Assembly (NCBI GenBank): GCA_903847315.1
Contig: CAINDG010000036.1
Span: 3,587-67,586, forward strand
Source of the DNA: an uncultured Planctomycetota bacterium
GTDB lineage: Bacteria > Planctomycetota > Phycisphaerae > Sedimentisphaerales > UBA12454
Length of the DNA: 64,000 nucleotides
Direction: 5' to 3'
The notes beneath the pieces were generated by a model. That model worked only from the letters and a program-made list of their open reading frames with translations. It was not told the origin of the DNA and made no database searches. This document shows positions 46,569-56,330 of this stretch, in pieces (position 1 is the first letter of the stretch; each line of letters starts with the position of its first letter). A program made the position numbers and the translations under genes.

Positions 46569-47493
46569 TTTCCTGCAATTTCAGCTGAGGATTTATTATA
46601 CGGGCAATTTTTTCAAGTGTCAGTATAAATCTCGGACCGGGTATAGCCGTATAATCTTCTGTAAAAACATATATTCTGTCATTTTTGGCTGCGTCAATCA
46701 GGTCGAAGTTTTTCCATTGCTTTATCGTTATTTTGCTGTCTGTCGGTTTTGTCTGAACAGGCGCTATATCGATAATTATCTGCGGATTCATTATAATTAC
46801 GGATTCTGCGTTGACGGTTGGAAAAGGTAATTTGCCGTCGTAGGCGTTTTGTCCGCCGGCGAATTTAATCATTTCGCTATAAAATTCGTCATTGCCTGCG
46901 ATATAAATATTCTGCGGTTTCGTCGTCGGGTCCTGCGAGCAATCGTGCCCCAAACTAATCAGTACTTTGGGCTTGTTTTGGCCGGCGGTTTGGCTTTGAA
47001 TCGCATGAATTTTATTCCAGATTTCATCGACAATAAGCTGAGCCTCTTTCGCTTTGCCGCAGTGTTTGCCTATCGTCTGAATCGAGTCGAGAATTTCGGT
47101 CAGACTGTCGTGTTTTACCATAAGTGTTTCTATTCCAAGTGCCGCAAACTTTTCTTCGGCTCCGGGCATATCATCAAAGACAATCACAAGGTCGGGCTTT
47201 GCCGCGACAATCGCTTCGTAATTGGGATTGAGCAGTCCGCCGACCTTTGGTATTTCTTTCGCCTGCCTCGGCCAGTTACAAAATTCCGATACGCCTATAA
47301 CCTTATCGCCCAGTCCCAGCGCAAAAAGAATCTCGGTTGTGCTCGGTGCAAGCGAGATTATTCTATTGTAAGTTTTTTTTTGCGGGTTTTGACCGGCGGC
47401 TAAAGACTGATTTAATTTTAAGGCAGGAAATAACAGGCAAACAGCCGGGGCAGTAATCAGCAGGAGAATAAATATTTTTGCCCTTTGCTTCAT
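46549..47493 (-). CDS. ABC transporter periplasmic substrate-binding protein (BtuF/FhuD-like, cluster A)
   Basis: Has a signal peptide. Contains RIISLAPSTTEILFALGLGDKVIGVS and NPNYEAIVAAKPDLVIV. Confidence 0.85.
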   Translation of the reverse strand: MKQRAKIFILLLITAPAVCLLFPALKLNQSLAAGQNPQKKTYNRIISLAPSTTEILFALGLGDKVIGVSEFCNWPRQAKEIPKVGGLLNPNYEAIVAAKPDLVIVFDDMPGAEEKFAALGIETLMVKHDSLTEILDSIQTIGKHCGKAKEAQLIVDEIWNKIHAIQSQTAGQNKPKVLISLGHDCSQDPTTKPQNIYIAGNDEFYSEMIKFAGGQNAYDGKLPFPTVNAESVIIMNPQIIIDIAPVQTKPTDSKITIKQWKNFDLIDAAKNDRIYVFTEDYTAIPGPRFILTLEKIARIINPQLKLQENEPNSN

Positions 47494-47519
47494 TTTTACA
47501 TACCGGCCCGGAATTAATA

Positions 47520-48368
47520 TCAGGAGACAATTTTTATTTTCGCAGCGGTTTGCTGCTGGTAATTTTTGATAAACGCGGCCCAGTTGGTCAGGCCCTGACT
47601 GTAAACCTGGTCCGAATAGAGGAACCCGTCATTATGGCTGCCGAAGATTTCCAAAAATTCCTTTGGCTCTTTGGCCGCTTCTTCATAAAGCCGCAAACCG
47701 AACTCGAACGGCACAACCTCATCGTTTCGGCTGTGGATGATAAGCACAGGACATTTGACCTTTTTGAGATAATCAAACGTATTAAAGCTGTACCTTGCGA
47801 ATAATCTTACCGGCAGATAGGGATAAGATTTCTGGCCGATATCGGTATAAGAAGTAAACGCACTTTCGACCACCAGTCCTTTTGCCTTTACATTTCCTGC
47901 CAGATGCGCCGCGATACTGCCGCCCAGCGACCTGCCGAATATTATTATGTTTTCAGGCGATATCTTCTTTTCGTTTATCAGCCAGTCATAGGCGGCCTGT
48001 GCATCGAGATAAACGCCTTCCTCAGTTGGTTTGCCCTGGCTGTTGCCGTAGCCGCGATAGTCGAAAATAAGACAGTTAAACCCAAGTTCGTAAAAAATAT
48101 TTACCGAGTCCAGTGTATAAGAAATATTTCCGCCGTTCCCGTGGCAGAAAAGTATGGTGAATACCGCTTTTTTAGCCGGTATGAACCATCCCGACAGCGT
48201 CAGGCTGTCGGACGTTTTGAGCAGTACCTTTTCGAATTCGAGTCCCAAATCGGCCGGATTGTACGGCTCTTCTCTGGTCGGGCTGAATACAAACGACGGC
48301 TGCATAAAGTACAGCACCGTTCCCAGCCCCCAGTAGGCTAACAGTAATGAAATTACCAATAACAGCAT
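47520..48368 (-). CDS. alpha/beta hydrolase (membrane-anchored, BAAT/S9-like), paralog 1
   Basis: 282 aa with an N-terminal TM, the HGNGGN oxyanion motif, the nucleophile elbow GRSLGGS, and the C-terminal SHNDGF. Confidence 0.85.
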   Translation of the reverse strand: MLLLVISLLLAYWGLGTVLYFMQPSFVFSPTREEPYNPADLGLEFEKVLLKTSDSLTLSGWFIPAKKAVFTILFCHGNGGNISYTLDSVNIFYELGFNCLIFDYRGYGNSQGKPTEEGVYLDAQAAYDWLINEKKISPENIIIFGRSLGGSIAAHLAGNVKAKGLVVESAFTSYTDIGQKSYPYLPVRLFARYSFNTFDYLKKVKCPVLIIHSRNDEVVPFEFGLRLYEEAAKEPKEFLEIFGSHNDGFLYSDQVYSQGLTNWAAFIKNYQQQTAAKIKIVS

Positions 48369-48462
48369 TTAAAATCCCTAAAACAGGAGCGTTATTTTAA
48401 TTCGCCCGAGTCGATAAAACAAGATAGAATTTACGCCCCTGATAAAAAGGTGAAAAATATGT

Positions 48463-49350
48463 TTATTTTGCAGTCTGCCGGTAATTTTCAAGAGATTCCA
48501 GCCAGTCGCGCATGCCCTGGCGGTAAATTCGCTCCGAACGCATAAACCCGTCATTATGGCTGCCGGATATTTCGATAAATTTTTTGGGCTCTTTTACCGC
48601 TTCTTCGTAAAGGCGCAAACCGAACTCAAACGGCACAATCTCATCGTTTCTGCTGTGGATGATTAGCACCGGGCACTCGACTTTTTTAAGATAATCACTT
48701 GTTTTAAAACCGTATCTTGCGAACAGTTTTATCGGCATATACGGATAGTATTTCCTGGCGATATCAACGAATGAAGTAAAACAGCTTTCAATAATCAGCC
48801 CTTTCGCTTTTACATTACTTGCAAGATATGCCGCCACGCTTCCGCCGAGCGACTGGCCGTAAATTATTATGTTTTCAGGCGGTATTTTCTTTTCATTAAC
48901 CAGCCAGTCGTAGGCGGTCTGTGCATCGATATACAGACCTTTCTCGGTCGGCTTGCCGCCACTTGTGCCGTAGCCGCGGTAATCAAAGATGAGACAATTA
49001 ATCCCCAATCCGTTAAAGATATTTATGGATTCGAGCCGGTCCGACATATTGCCGCCGTTGCCGTGGCAAAAGAGCAGTGTAAACTTGGCGTTCTTTGCCG
49101 GGATGTACCATGCCGACAGTATCACGTTGTCGGATGTTTTCAGTTGTACCTTCTCGTATTCCAGATTGATATCGCCGGGGTTATAAGTCAATTCTCTTGC
49201 AGGCTGAAAGGTAAAACTTGGCTGCTTAAAGTACAATATTAATATCAGCCCCAAATAGACCGCCAGCAGAATTCTAATAATAGATATCAACAGCCGGTAC
49301 AGCCTGCGATAATTTAGATGGATAGCGAAAGCCTTCAAAGTGAGCATCAT
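48463..49350 (-). CDS. alpha/beta hydrolase, paralog 2 (tandem duplicate)
   Basis: Collinear with paralog 1; by eye roughly three quarters of residues are identical (HGNGGN, GQSLGGS, SHNDGF). The start is trimmed from 49377 to the Met pair at 49350/49347, which aligns with the paralog-1 start. Confidence 0.8.
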   Translation of the reverse strand: MMLTLKAFAIHLNYRRLYRLLISIIRILLAVYLGLILILYFKQPSFTFQPARELTYNPGDINLEYEKVQLKTSDNVILSAWYIPAKNAKFTLLFCHGNGGNMSDRLESINIFNGLGINCLIFDYRGYGTSGGKPTEKGLYIDAQTAYDWLVNEKKIPPENIIIYGQSLGGSVAAYLASNVKAKGLIIESCFTSFVDIARKYYPYMPIKLFARYGFKTSDYLKKVECPVLIIHSRNDEIVPFEFGLRLYEEAVKEPKKFIEISGSHNDGFMRSERIYRQGMRDWLESLENYRQTAK

Positions 49351-49392
49351 TTTAATTTGCCTCTGCGCATAAAACAAGATAGAATTGCACCT

Positions 49393-50448
49393 ATGACAAA
49401 AAGGCGAAACACATCCACAGTAACGGCGGGAACAGTCAAAATAGGGTCAAAATGCCCGATAGTAATCCAGTCTATGGTCAAACTGGCCACGACAGATATC
49501 GCAGGCTGCGTAAAACAGATAAATGCCCTCGCCGAGGCGGGCGCAAAACTTGTAAGAATCGCCATTCCAGCAAGGCCGGACAGTATCGCCTTTGCGAAAA
49601 TTGTACAGAAGGTAAAAGTGCCGCTGATAGCGGATATCCATTTTTCCGCTGAAAGGGCGATTGAGGCTATCGAGGCAGGAGCCGCCAAAATCCGTCTCAA
49701 CCCCGGCAATATAAAAAGCAAAGATGATATCAATCGGATAATCGACTGCGCAAAGGCACACAAAATCGCAATCCGCATCGGCATAAACGAGGCGAGCATC
49801 CGAAACCTTCTGCACGACACGCCGTACAAACAGCGAACGGGATTGATGATAAAAGAAATAGCAGGTTACATCCGCTTTTTTGAAAAACGCGGGTTTAATA
49901 ATATAGTTTTGAGCGTCAAAAGCTCCGATGCCGCAAGGACGATTGAATCGAATTGCGCTATCGCAGAAAAATTCGATTATCCGATACATCTTGGCCTTAC
50001 TCACGCAGGCCTTGCCGAAGATGCGATTGTTCCCGCCTCGATTGCGTTAGGGACACTTTTATGGCAGGGCATCGGCGATACGATTCGTATCAGTATCGCG
50101 GGTGCGCCTGTGCAGGAAGTCGAAATTGCAAAAAAGATACTTGCGCCATTAGGTCTTTATAAAAGTAACGAGCCGCAGCTAATTGTTTGTCCGACTTGCG
50201 GAAGAGTTCAGTGGGATTTGATTAAATTTGCCGGACAGGTTAAAAAATTTCTTAAAGGAATTAAGAAACCTATAAGGGTAGCAGTTATGGGCTGCGTAGT
50301 AAACGGCCCCGGCGAAGCCGCCGATGCCGATATAGCCGTCTGTGCCGCTGCCGATAAAGGCTTTATCTATAAAAAAGGCAAAAAAATCTCAACAGTTAAA
50401 CAGGCTAAACTGTTTAATGCTTTAAGAAAAGAGATTGAAGATTTATAA
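49393..50448 (+). CDS. ispG: 4-hydroxy-3-methylbut-2-en-1-yl diphosphate synthase (IspG/GcpE)
   Basis: Start set at MTKRRNTSTVTAGTVKIG. Contains PIVIQSM, ADIHF, CPTCGR and MGCVVNGPGE. Confidence 0.93.
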   Translation: MTKRRNTSTVTAGTVKIGSKCPIVIQSMVKLATTDIAGCVKQINALAEAGAKLVRIAIPARPDSIAFAKIVQKVKVPLIADIHFSAERAIEAIEAGAAKIRLNPGNIKSKDDINRIIDCAKAHKIAIRIGINEASIRNLLHDTPYKQRTGLMIKEIAGYIRFFEKRGFNNIVLSVKSSDAARTIESNCAIAEKFDYPIHLGLTHAGLAEDAIVPASIALGTLLWQGIGDTIRISIAGAPVQEVEIAKKILAPLGLYKSNEPQLIVCPTCGRVQWDLIKFAGQVKKFLKGIKKPIRVAVMGCVVNGPGEAADADIAVCAAADKGFIYKKGKKISTVKQAKLFNALRKEIEDL

Positions 50449-50929
50449 TAAATTATTTAATTCCCCTAATGCTATTTTACTGAAAGCACTCGGTGTGGCT
50501 TGTGGTGTGATATTGTGGATAGGTTTATTTTTCCCTCTTTTTGCAACACTTTTTGTGTCGCTTTCATTAGTAGTACGAATGGATGGTACAATTGGAAAAA
50601 TACCAATCGTACTGTTATTCGATTCGGTATTTCAAAGTTTAGCATGCGGTATCTCGGGAATTTTAATGAGCTTCGTTATAATTTTCATCTCAAGAAGTAG
50701 GGAAATAAAAACTGTAGTGTTTGCTGCTTCAATAGTTGCGATTTTTCTCATTATTTTCAAGTTTATACATATCAACTTTCCTCAACAATCCCCAGTTTAT
50801 AAAGTTTATTGGTTGTCAGATATAATTCTTAATATAATATTTCTATTTGGTTTTGCAGTATTTGGAGCTTGGCTTTTTAATAGAAAATACCGTTTAAAAA
50901 TACCGAAAGTTGAAAAGAACGTTCAGTAA
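50435..50929 (+). CDS. hypothetical membrane protein
   Basis: 164-aa AT-rich ORF with 4 hydrophobic segments. Overlaps the ispG end by 14 nt. No family recognised. Confidence 0.4.
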   Translation: MKIYNKLFNSPNAILLKALGVACGVILWIGLFFPLFATLFVSLSLVVRMDGTIGKIPIVLLFDSVFQSLACGISGILMSFVIIFISRSREIKTVVFAASIVAIFLIIFKFIHINFPQQSPVYKVYWLSDIILNIIFLFGFAVFGAWLFNRKYRLKIPKVEKNVQ

Positions 50930-50966
50930 TTTTGCATTTTGATATTTGATTTTTTGAGGTGTAGAT

Positions 50967-51509
50967 ATGAATAAAAAATATTTCATTCTATTTATGCTTC
51001 TGGTTATGGTTTGTGGTTTTACGGTAAAAGTCGAAGGAGACAAAAAAATGGCGATTACAATTACATCTTCGGCCTTTAAAGAGGGCGGTATGATACCTGC
51101 AAAATACACCTGCGACGGTCAGGGCATTTCGCCGCCGTTGAAGTGGGAGCAAATTCCGCAGGGCATCAAAAGTTTTGCTCTTATAAGCGATGACCCCGAC
51201 GCCCCTGCAGGAATCTGGGTTCACTGGGTAATGTGGAACATACCTGCCGAGTCGAATGGATTGCCTGAGAATGTCCAGTCGGTAAAGGAGCTTTCTGACG
51301 GCTCAAAACAGGGCGTTAATGATTCCCGCAAAATTGGCTACGGCAGTCCTTGTCCGCCAAGCGGAACGCATCGGTACTATTTTAAGGTTTATGCCTTGGA
51401 TACGATGCTCAATCTGCCGGACAGAGCTGCGAAGGGAGATTTGCTTGCTGCTATGAAAGGGCATATTCTCGCCGAAGGCTCGCTGATGGGCAAATACCAG
51501 CGCCGGTAA
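50967..51509 (+). CDS. YbhB/YbcL family Raf-kinase-inhibitor-like (PEBP) protein, exported
   Basis: Has a signal peptide. Contains ITSSAFKEGGMIPAKYTCDG, DDPDAPAG.WVHW and PPSGTHRYYFKVYALD. Confidence 0.9.
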   Translation: MNKKYFILFMLLVMVCGFTVKVEGDKKMAITITSSAFKEGGMIPAKYTCDGQGISPPLKWEQIPQGIKSFALISDDPDAPAGIWVHWVMWNIPAESNGLPENVQSVKELSDGSKQGVNDSRKIGYGSPCPPSGTHRYYFKVYALDTMLNLPDRAAKGDLLAAMKGHILAEGSLMGKYQRR

Positions 51510-51554
51510 AAAGCGTGGAACGACAGAACTTCACATTTCACAAGTCGTAAGCGG

Positions 51555-52685
51555 CTAACTGTATTGTTTCTTGGATCTGTAATTGTTTTGTCTGTCGTCT
51601 CTGCCGTTATCGTCATTTTGCGAGTTACTATTTTCCCGAACCATGCGTTCGAATTTGCCGAATATCATTCGTCCCGCCGATGTCTGCAGGGCGCTTGTTA
51701 CGACAAGCTGAACTTTTTCGCCGATTTTATTTCTGCCTTCTTCGACAACGACCATTGTGCCGTCGTCCAGATACCCGATTCCCTGCTGGGATTCTTCGCC
51801 AGACTTGATTATCCGAACCTGCATCGACTCGCCGGGCAATACGACCGTTTTCAATGAATTTGTAAGGTCGTTTATATTGATTACATCGACCTGTCTTACC
51901 TGGGCGACCTTGCTTAAGTTGTAATCGTTGGTTATAAGTTTGCCGTTGCAGTTTTTGGTAAAGGCAACCAGTTTCTGGTCAACAGGAGCGTGTTCGTCAA
52001 CGCCCGGCGGAGGCGTATCGTCTATTTGTACTTCTATCAGTGTATTTTCCTGCAGTTTGTGAAGTATATCAAGTCCGCGTCTGCCGCGCACGCGTTTTAG
52101 CTTGTCGGCCGAGTCGGCTATGAGCTGCAACTCATTTAATACAAACCGCGGAGCAATCAGAGGTGCGTCAAAAAGTTTGGTTTGGCAGATGTCTGCTATT
52201 CGACCGTCGATTATAACGGATGTATCGAGTACAAGGGGCCTTATGCCCTTACTCTGACGGGCAAATTCCACATACGGAATAATAAAACGTACATCGTCTT
52301 TGGTGCGCATTACAAAACTGATTACGAAATAGCAGGTACAGATTCCCATAATCCATTTCGTAAGTTTCAGGTTGTTTCCGACAAGGCCGAGTTTGAACAC
52401 ATCGTTGACCATATCCAGCACTAATGACAATGCCCAGCTGAAAAATATTCCGACGATGAGACCGAAGAACACGCCGGCAAGGGCACTCAACGAATTCTTT
52501 GGCAGCAGCCAGTCGATAAATAAGACCAGAACCGCAAGGGTAAGACCGCTGATGAATACTATCCATATTTCGTTTTGTGTCATTGCTTGAGCTTCTGTCG
52601 GCGATGATGCTTCCGTAGTGACGCTTACGAACAGAGCGGCGAAAACAACGATAATAAAAATGCCTCGAATAACATGTAATAACAT
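51555..52685 (-). CDS. PIN/TRAM domain-containing membrane protein (YacL-like)
   Basis: Four N-terminal TM helices. The PIN domain is [32 protein letters not shown], and the TRAM-like C-terminus is [30 protein letters not shown]. Confidence 0.85.
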   Translation of the reverse strand: MLLHVIRGIFIIVVFAALFVSVTTEASSPTEAQAMTQNEIWIVFISGLTLAVLVLFIDWLLPKNSLSALAGVFFGLIVGIFFSWALSLVLDMVNDVFKLGLVGNNLKLTKWIMGICTCYFVISFVMRTKDDVRFIIPYVEFARQSKGIRPLVLDTSVIIDGRIADICQTKLFDAPLIAPRFVLNELQLIADSADKLKRVRGRRGLDILHKLQENTLIEVQIDDTPPPGVDEHAPVDQKLVAFTKNCNGKLITNDYNLSKVAQVRQVDVININDLTNSLKTVVLPGESMQVRIIKSGEESQQGIGYLDDGTMVVVEEGRNKIGEKVQLVVTSALQTSAGRMIFGKFERMVRENSNSQNDDNGRDDRQNNYRSKKQYS

Positions 52686-53321
52686 AAAAATTACTCCAGA
52701 AATTATAAATTTACTTATTTAATATAGTTATAATATCGGCAAGTTTCCTTGTCTAATCCACGCTTTTCAGCTTTATATGGCACAATATAATAAGGCCCCA
52801 TAAAAGGTTTTTTCTTTTGATGATTTCCGTGCCGTATTCCAGCAGACGCTGAAACCATTTTTAGATAATACCAGAATATCGATTTAAGTCAATGCAGGAG
52901 CAAAACAAATAGCGACTCAAAAGCTCTCTTTTGTGGGTGTTTTGGGTGTGTTTTCGGTTAAGCACGCCGAAAATAAGGCCGATAGGTAAATGGGTAGATT
53001 ATGATTGCTACAGAAAAAACAGAGAAAATTGGGCTATTAGACCGCCTCTTAGGCATAGTAAAACCCCTCAAACCTAAGTCTGGTTTTATATGGTATCCGA
53101 GCAGCAGGGGGATTATAGGTGAATCCAGCCCAAACAGCACGAAAACCGCCCAACTCCCGCCTTTAATGGTTCGCCGGGCAGCCTGGAGAAAATGAAAGCG
53201 CACTTTCACCTTTCCAGGATACCCGAAACTAAGGATGTGACACCTGCGATTAAAACACACACCGTACTGAAATCAACAATTACAGTGTGATACGCAGGGA
53301 ATCTCGCCTTTAGCGAATAAA

Positions 53322-53486
53322 TTAAGCGTTTCTCTTTTTAGTGTAACAAGCTTTGCAGTAAACCGGCTTGCCTTCCTTCGGCTGGAAAGGAACTTCGCAT
53401 TCCTGTCCGCATTCTGCACAAACTGCTTTGAACATCTGGCGTGGTCCAAAATCTTTTCTGGGGCCCCCTTTGCTAAAATCTCTCAC
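53322..53486 (-). CDS. 54-aa zinc-ribbon protein (CxxC-N17-CxxC), not in the ORF track
   Basis: GTG 53486 with GGAGAA 6 nt upstream. It translates as (M)RDFSKGGPRKDFGPRQMFKAVCAECGQECEVPFQPKEGKPVYCKACYTKKRNA followed by a stop. An internal ATG (Met18) is an alternative start. Confidence 0.6.
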   Translation of the reverse strand: MRDFSKGGPRKDFGPRQMFKAVCAECGQECEVPFQPKEGKPVYCKACYTKKRNA

Positions 53487-53844
53487 GACTGTTCTCCAAA
53501 TTGATTAAAAAAAAAGTTTAGAACGTTAATACGAGGCGACAAATATAACAGATATGTATTTCATTATCAAGAAAGATTTTTAAAAATTTTTAGCCGAAAA
53601 AAGAGGGATTTAAGACTGTAAAATCGGCATTTTGAGGTTATTTTTGAGTATATTGACAAAAACCGGCATTTTTTTAATAGAGAGGATGTTCTGGTCTGTC
53701 CGGCTGACATTTTTTCTTCTTTCAAAGATTATAAATGATTCTGCAGCTTCCGACCTGAAAAGAAACGGCAATTGAATTGCAGGACTATATTTCTTATAAT
53801 ATACATATATTTAACTTTAAGGATTTAAGGAGATTAAAACCTAA

Positions 53845-55164
53845 TTGGAAAAATTTCGTGACAATATAGCTGTCAGGCGGGAAAAAGCGATACTCGTCGG
53901 GGCAATTTTAAAACAGGAAGCAAAAGATGATGATGAACTGGCTGAATTGACGGCGCTGGCTGAAAGTGCCGGGGCAATAGTAGTTGACAGGATTCAGCAG
54001 AAAATAACACGCATACATCCATCAACGTACATCGGCAGCGGCAAGGCGGAAATGATAAAGCAGCGGGCAAAGAAAAACAAAGCTGACGTTATCATATTCG
54101 ATAACGACCTTTCGCCGGGACAGATAAGAGAACTTGAAGAGCTTATAGAGGTTAAAGTTGTTGACCGCGGGGAACTGATACTCGATATCTTCGCAAGCAG
54201 GGCACAGACGAAACAGGCAAAACTGCAGGTGGAACTGGCTCAGCTTGAATATACATATCCGAGACTTACGCGAATGTGGTCGCATCTTGATACTATAACC
54301 GGAGCGGCAGGCGGACCGTCGGCAGGAGCTGTCGGTGCTATCGGTACACGCGGAACAGGCGAAAAACAGCTTGAAATAGACCGCAGACTCGTAAATAAAC
54401 GAATCACTGAACTAAAAAGAGAAATCGCGGATATCGACAAACGCATAGTAAGGGAAATCGAGACAAGAAGAGGACTGTTCAAAATTTGCCTTGTGGGATA
54501 TACCAACGCAGGCAAAAGCACTCTAATGAATGCCCTTACCGATGCAGGAGTTTATGTTGAGGACAGACTTTTTGCGACACTGGATACGAAGACAAGACAG
54601 TGGGCGATTGATGGGGGAAGAAAGGTGCTGCTCAGCGATACGGTCGGGTTTGTAAAAAATCTGCCGCACCAGCTTGTCGCATCGTTCAAGGCGACGCTCG
54701 AAGAGGCCATCAATGCGGATTTACTGCTGCATGTTGTCGATGTATCGAATCCGGACGCACATAACCAGGCGGAAAACGCGAAAAAAGTACTGAATGATAT
54801 AAAGTGCAGCGAAAAGAAAACGCTGATACTGCTTAATAAAGCCGATGTTGTCAGGAGCCAGGCGCAGTTCGAATTTATGCAGACGATTTATCCCGATGCG
54901 ATAAGCATATCCGCCAAGATGGGAATGAATCTCGATTTGCTGAAAGAAAAAGTGCTGGCGATTTATACCGGCGATACGCTTCTTCTGCGAATTACGGCAA
55001 GCGCCGGCGATGGAAAAATTCAAAACTACCTCAAATTGAATACAACCATTCTGAAACAGGACTATACCGACAGCACCGTTGTTATGGATGTCAGGCTCGG
55101 CAAAAATCAATTCTCAGAGCTGCAAAGGTTCAAGTCTGTCGAAATCGAAAAGTTGGACGAATAA
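53845..55164 (+). CDS. hflX: GTPase HflX
   Basis: TTG start. The HflX N-domain is followed by the G-domain motifs LVGYTNAGKSTLMNAL, DTVGF and LNKAD. Confidence 0.92.
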   Translation: MEKFRDNIAVRREKAILVGAILKQEAKDDDELAELTALAESAGAIVVDRIQQKITRIHPSTYIGSGKAEMIKQRAKKNKADVIIFDNDLSPGQIRELEELIEVKVVDRGELILDIFASRAQTKQAKLQVELAQLEYTYPRLTRMWSHLDTITGAAGGPSAGAVGAIGTRGTGEKQLEIDRRLVNKRITELKREIADIDKRIVREIETRRGLFKICLVGYTNAGKSTLMNALTDAGVYVEDRLFATLDTKTRQWAIDGGRKVLLSDTVGFVKNLPHQLVASFKATLEEAINADLLLHVVDVSNPDAHNQAENAKKVLNDIKCSEKKTLILLNKADVVRSQAQFEFMQTIYPDAISISAKMGMNLDLLKEKVLAIYTGDTLLLRITASAGDGKIQNYLKLNTTILKQDYTDSTVVMDVRLGKNQFSELQRFKSVEIEKLDE

Positions 55165-55208
55165 TTATTCAATTGAAAAACAGGCATTTCTCTGGTTAAA
55201 TACCGTCT

Positions 55209-56201
55209 ATGAAAAATATTTCAGTAATAGGCGATGGGGCGATGGGCAGTGTTTGTGCGATGCTGCTTTGCGAAAAGGGGCTTGCTGTGCGTATGTGGGG
55301 ATATGATGAAAAACAGCTTGCGCAGATTAAGGAAAAAAGAGAAAATTTCAAGTTCCTGCCGGGCTATAAACTCCCGGATTCACTGGTTTTTGAGCCTAAA
55401 GATTCCGAAATTCTTAAAAATGCCGAACTTATAATCTCCGCTGTGCCGTGCCAGTTTATTCGGCCGGTTTGGAAAAGACTTGCTGGTTTTACGGATTTAA
55501 AAACGCCTATTGTTTCCGCCACGAAAGGGATTGAGAACGATACGCTGCACCGGCCAAGCCAGATACTTTCAGATGTGCTGGGCAATCACGCAAAAGTTGT
55601 TGTGCTTTCCGGGCCGACTATCGCTGAAGAGATTGCGAAAAAACTGCCTGCAACAGCGACTGCTGCATCCAGAGACGAGAGACTGGCGGGAATGGTACAG
55701 GAAATTTTCAATTCGCCATATTTGAGGGTCTATCGAAACAGCGATATCGTCGGTGTCGAACTTGCAGGAGCGATGAAAAATGTTATCGCAATCGCGGCAG
55801 GTATAGCCGATGGCATAAAAATAGGCGACAACGCGAAGGCGGCGCTGCTGTGCAGGGGACTTGCGGAAATTACTCGGCTGGGAGTCGCGATGGGCGCAAA
55901 AGAACAGACTTTTGCGGGATTAAGCGGATTGGGAGACCTTGTAACGACGTGCATATCGCCGACAGGACGAAACAGGAGTTTCGGACAGAGAATCGGAAAA
56001 GGGCAAACTGTTAAACAGGCGATTGAGGCGACGCAATCCGTTGTCGAGGGCATTGCCACGTGCAAATCGGTTATAGACCTGGCACGAAGATATAATATTG
56101 ATATGCCTATAACAGAATCCGTTTATCAAATCCTGTTCGAAGGCAAGAGCGTCTCGGCAGCGATAGGGGAGCTAATGGCAAGGAAACTCAAAGCCGAATA
56201 A
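55209..56201 (+). CDS. gpsA: NAD(P)H-dependent glycerol-3-phosphate dehydrogenase
   Basis: 330 aa with ISVIGDGAMGS, SATKGIE, GAMKNVIAIAAG and GDLVTTC. Confidence 0.93.
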   Translation: MKNISVIGDGAMGSVCAMLLCEKGLAVRMWGYDEKQLAQIKEKRENFKFLPGYKLPDSLVFEPKDSEILKNAELIISAVPCQFIRPVWKRLAGFTDLKTPIVSATKGIENDTLHRPSQILSDVLGNHAKVVVLSGPTIAEEIAKKLPATATAASRDERLAGMVQEIFNSPYLRVYRNSDIVGVELAGAMKNVIAIAAGIADGIKIGDNAKAALLCRGLAEITRLGVAMGAKEQTFAGLSGLGDLVTTCISPTGRNRSFGQRIGKGQTVKQAIEATQSVVEGIATCKSVIDLARRYNIDMPITESVYQILFEGKSVSAAIGELMARKLKAE

Positions 56202-56330
56202 GTTTCACCGAAGTCCGAGAAAATCAGCTTTAATTGGTCAAATTCCTGTAATCTATCAGCATAAGTAACATAAGTAGCCCGGCAATTCTGTCGATAATTA
56301 AATAGTGATAATATTCGATAAGGGGATGCT

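Noticed and set aside
46849-47403. 184-aa plus-strand ORF, together with the one at 46402-46830
   Set aside because: They are antisense to the substrate-binding protein and ATPase genes of the ABC importer.
47494-47519. Expected cobalamin riboswitch upstream of the BtuF-like ABC importer operon
   Set aside because: Only 26 nt separate the operon start from the preceding gene, so there is no room for a riboswitch. The substrate (B12, heme or siderophore) therefore remains open.
52958-53260. 100-aa minus-strand ORF, together with the 64-aa plus-strand ORF at 53001-53195
   Set aside because: There is no RBS, the composition is odd and Arg/Phe-rich, and no domain is recognisable. Both overlap the hairpin-rich segment and probably do not encode proteins.
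52686-53321. Possibility that the ORF-free region is RNase P RNA, tmRNA, SRP RNA or a group II intron
   Set aside because: I could not find GAGGAAAGTCC or ACAGAACCCGGCTTA (RNase P), a tRNA-like ...TCCACCA end or a tag ORF (tmRNA), GGAAGCAGCC (SRP), or a domain-V-like hairpin. GGTGAAAGTGCGC resembles RNase P P10-12 only superficially. The region is kept as an unclassified candidate.
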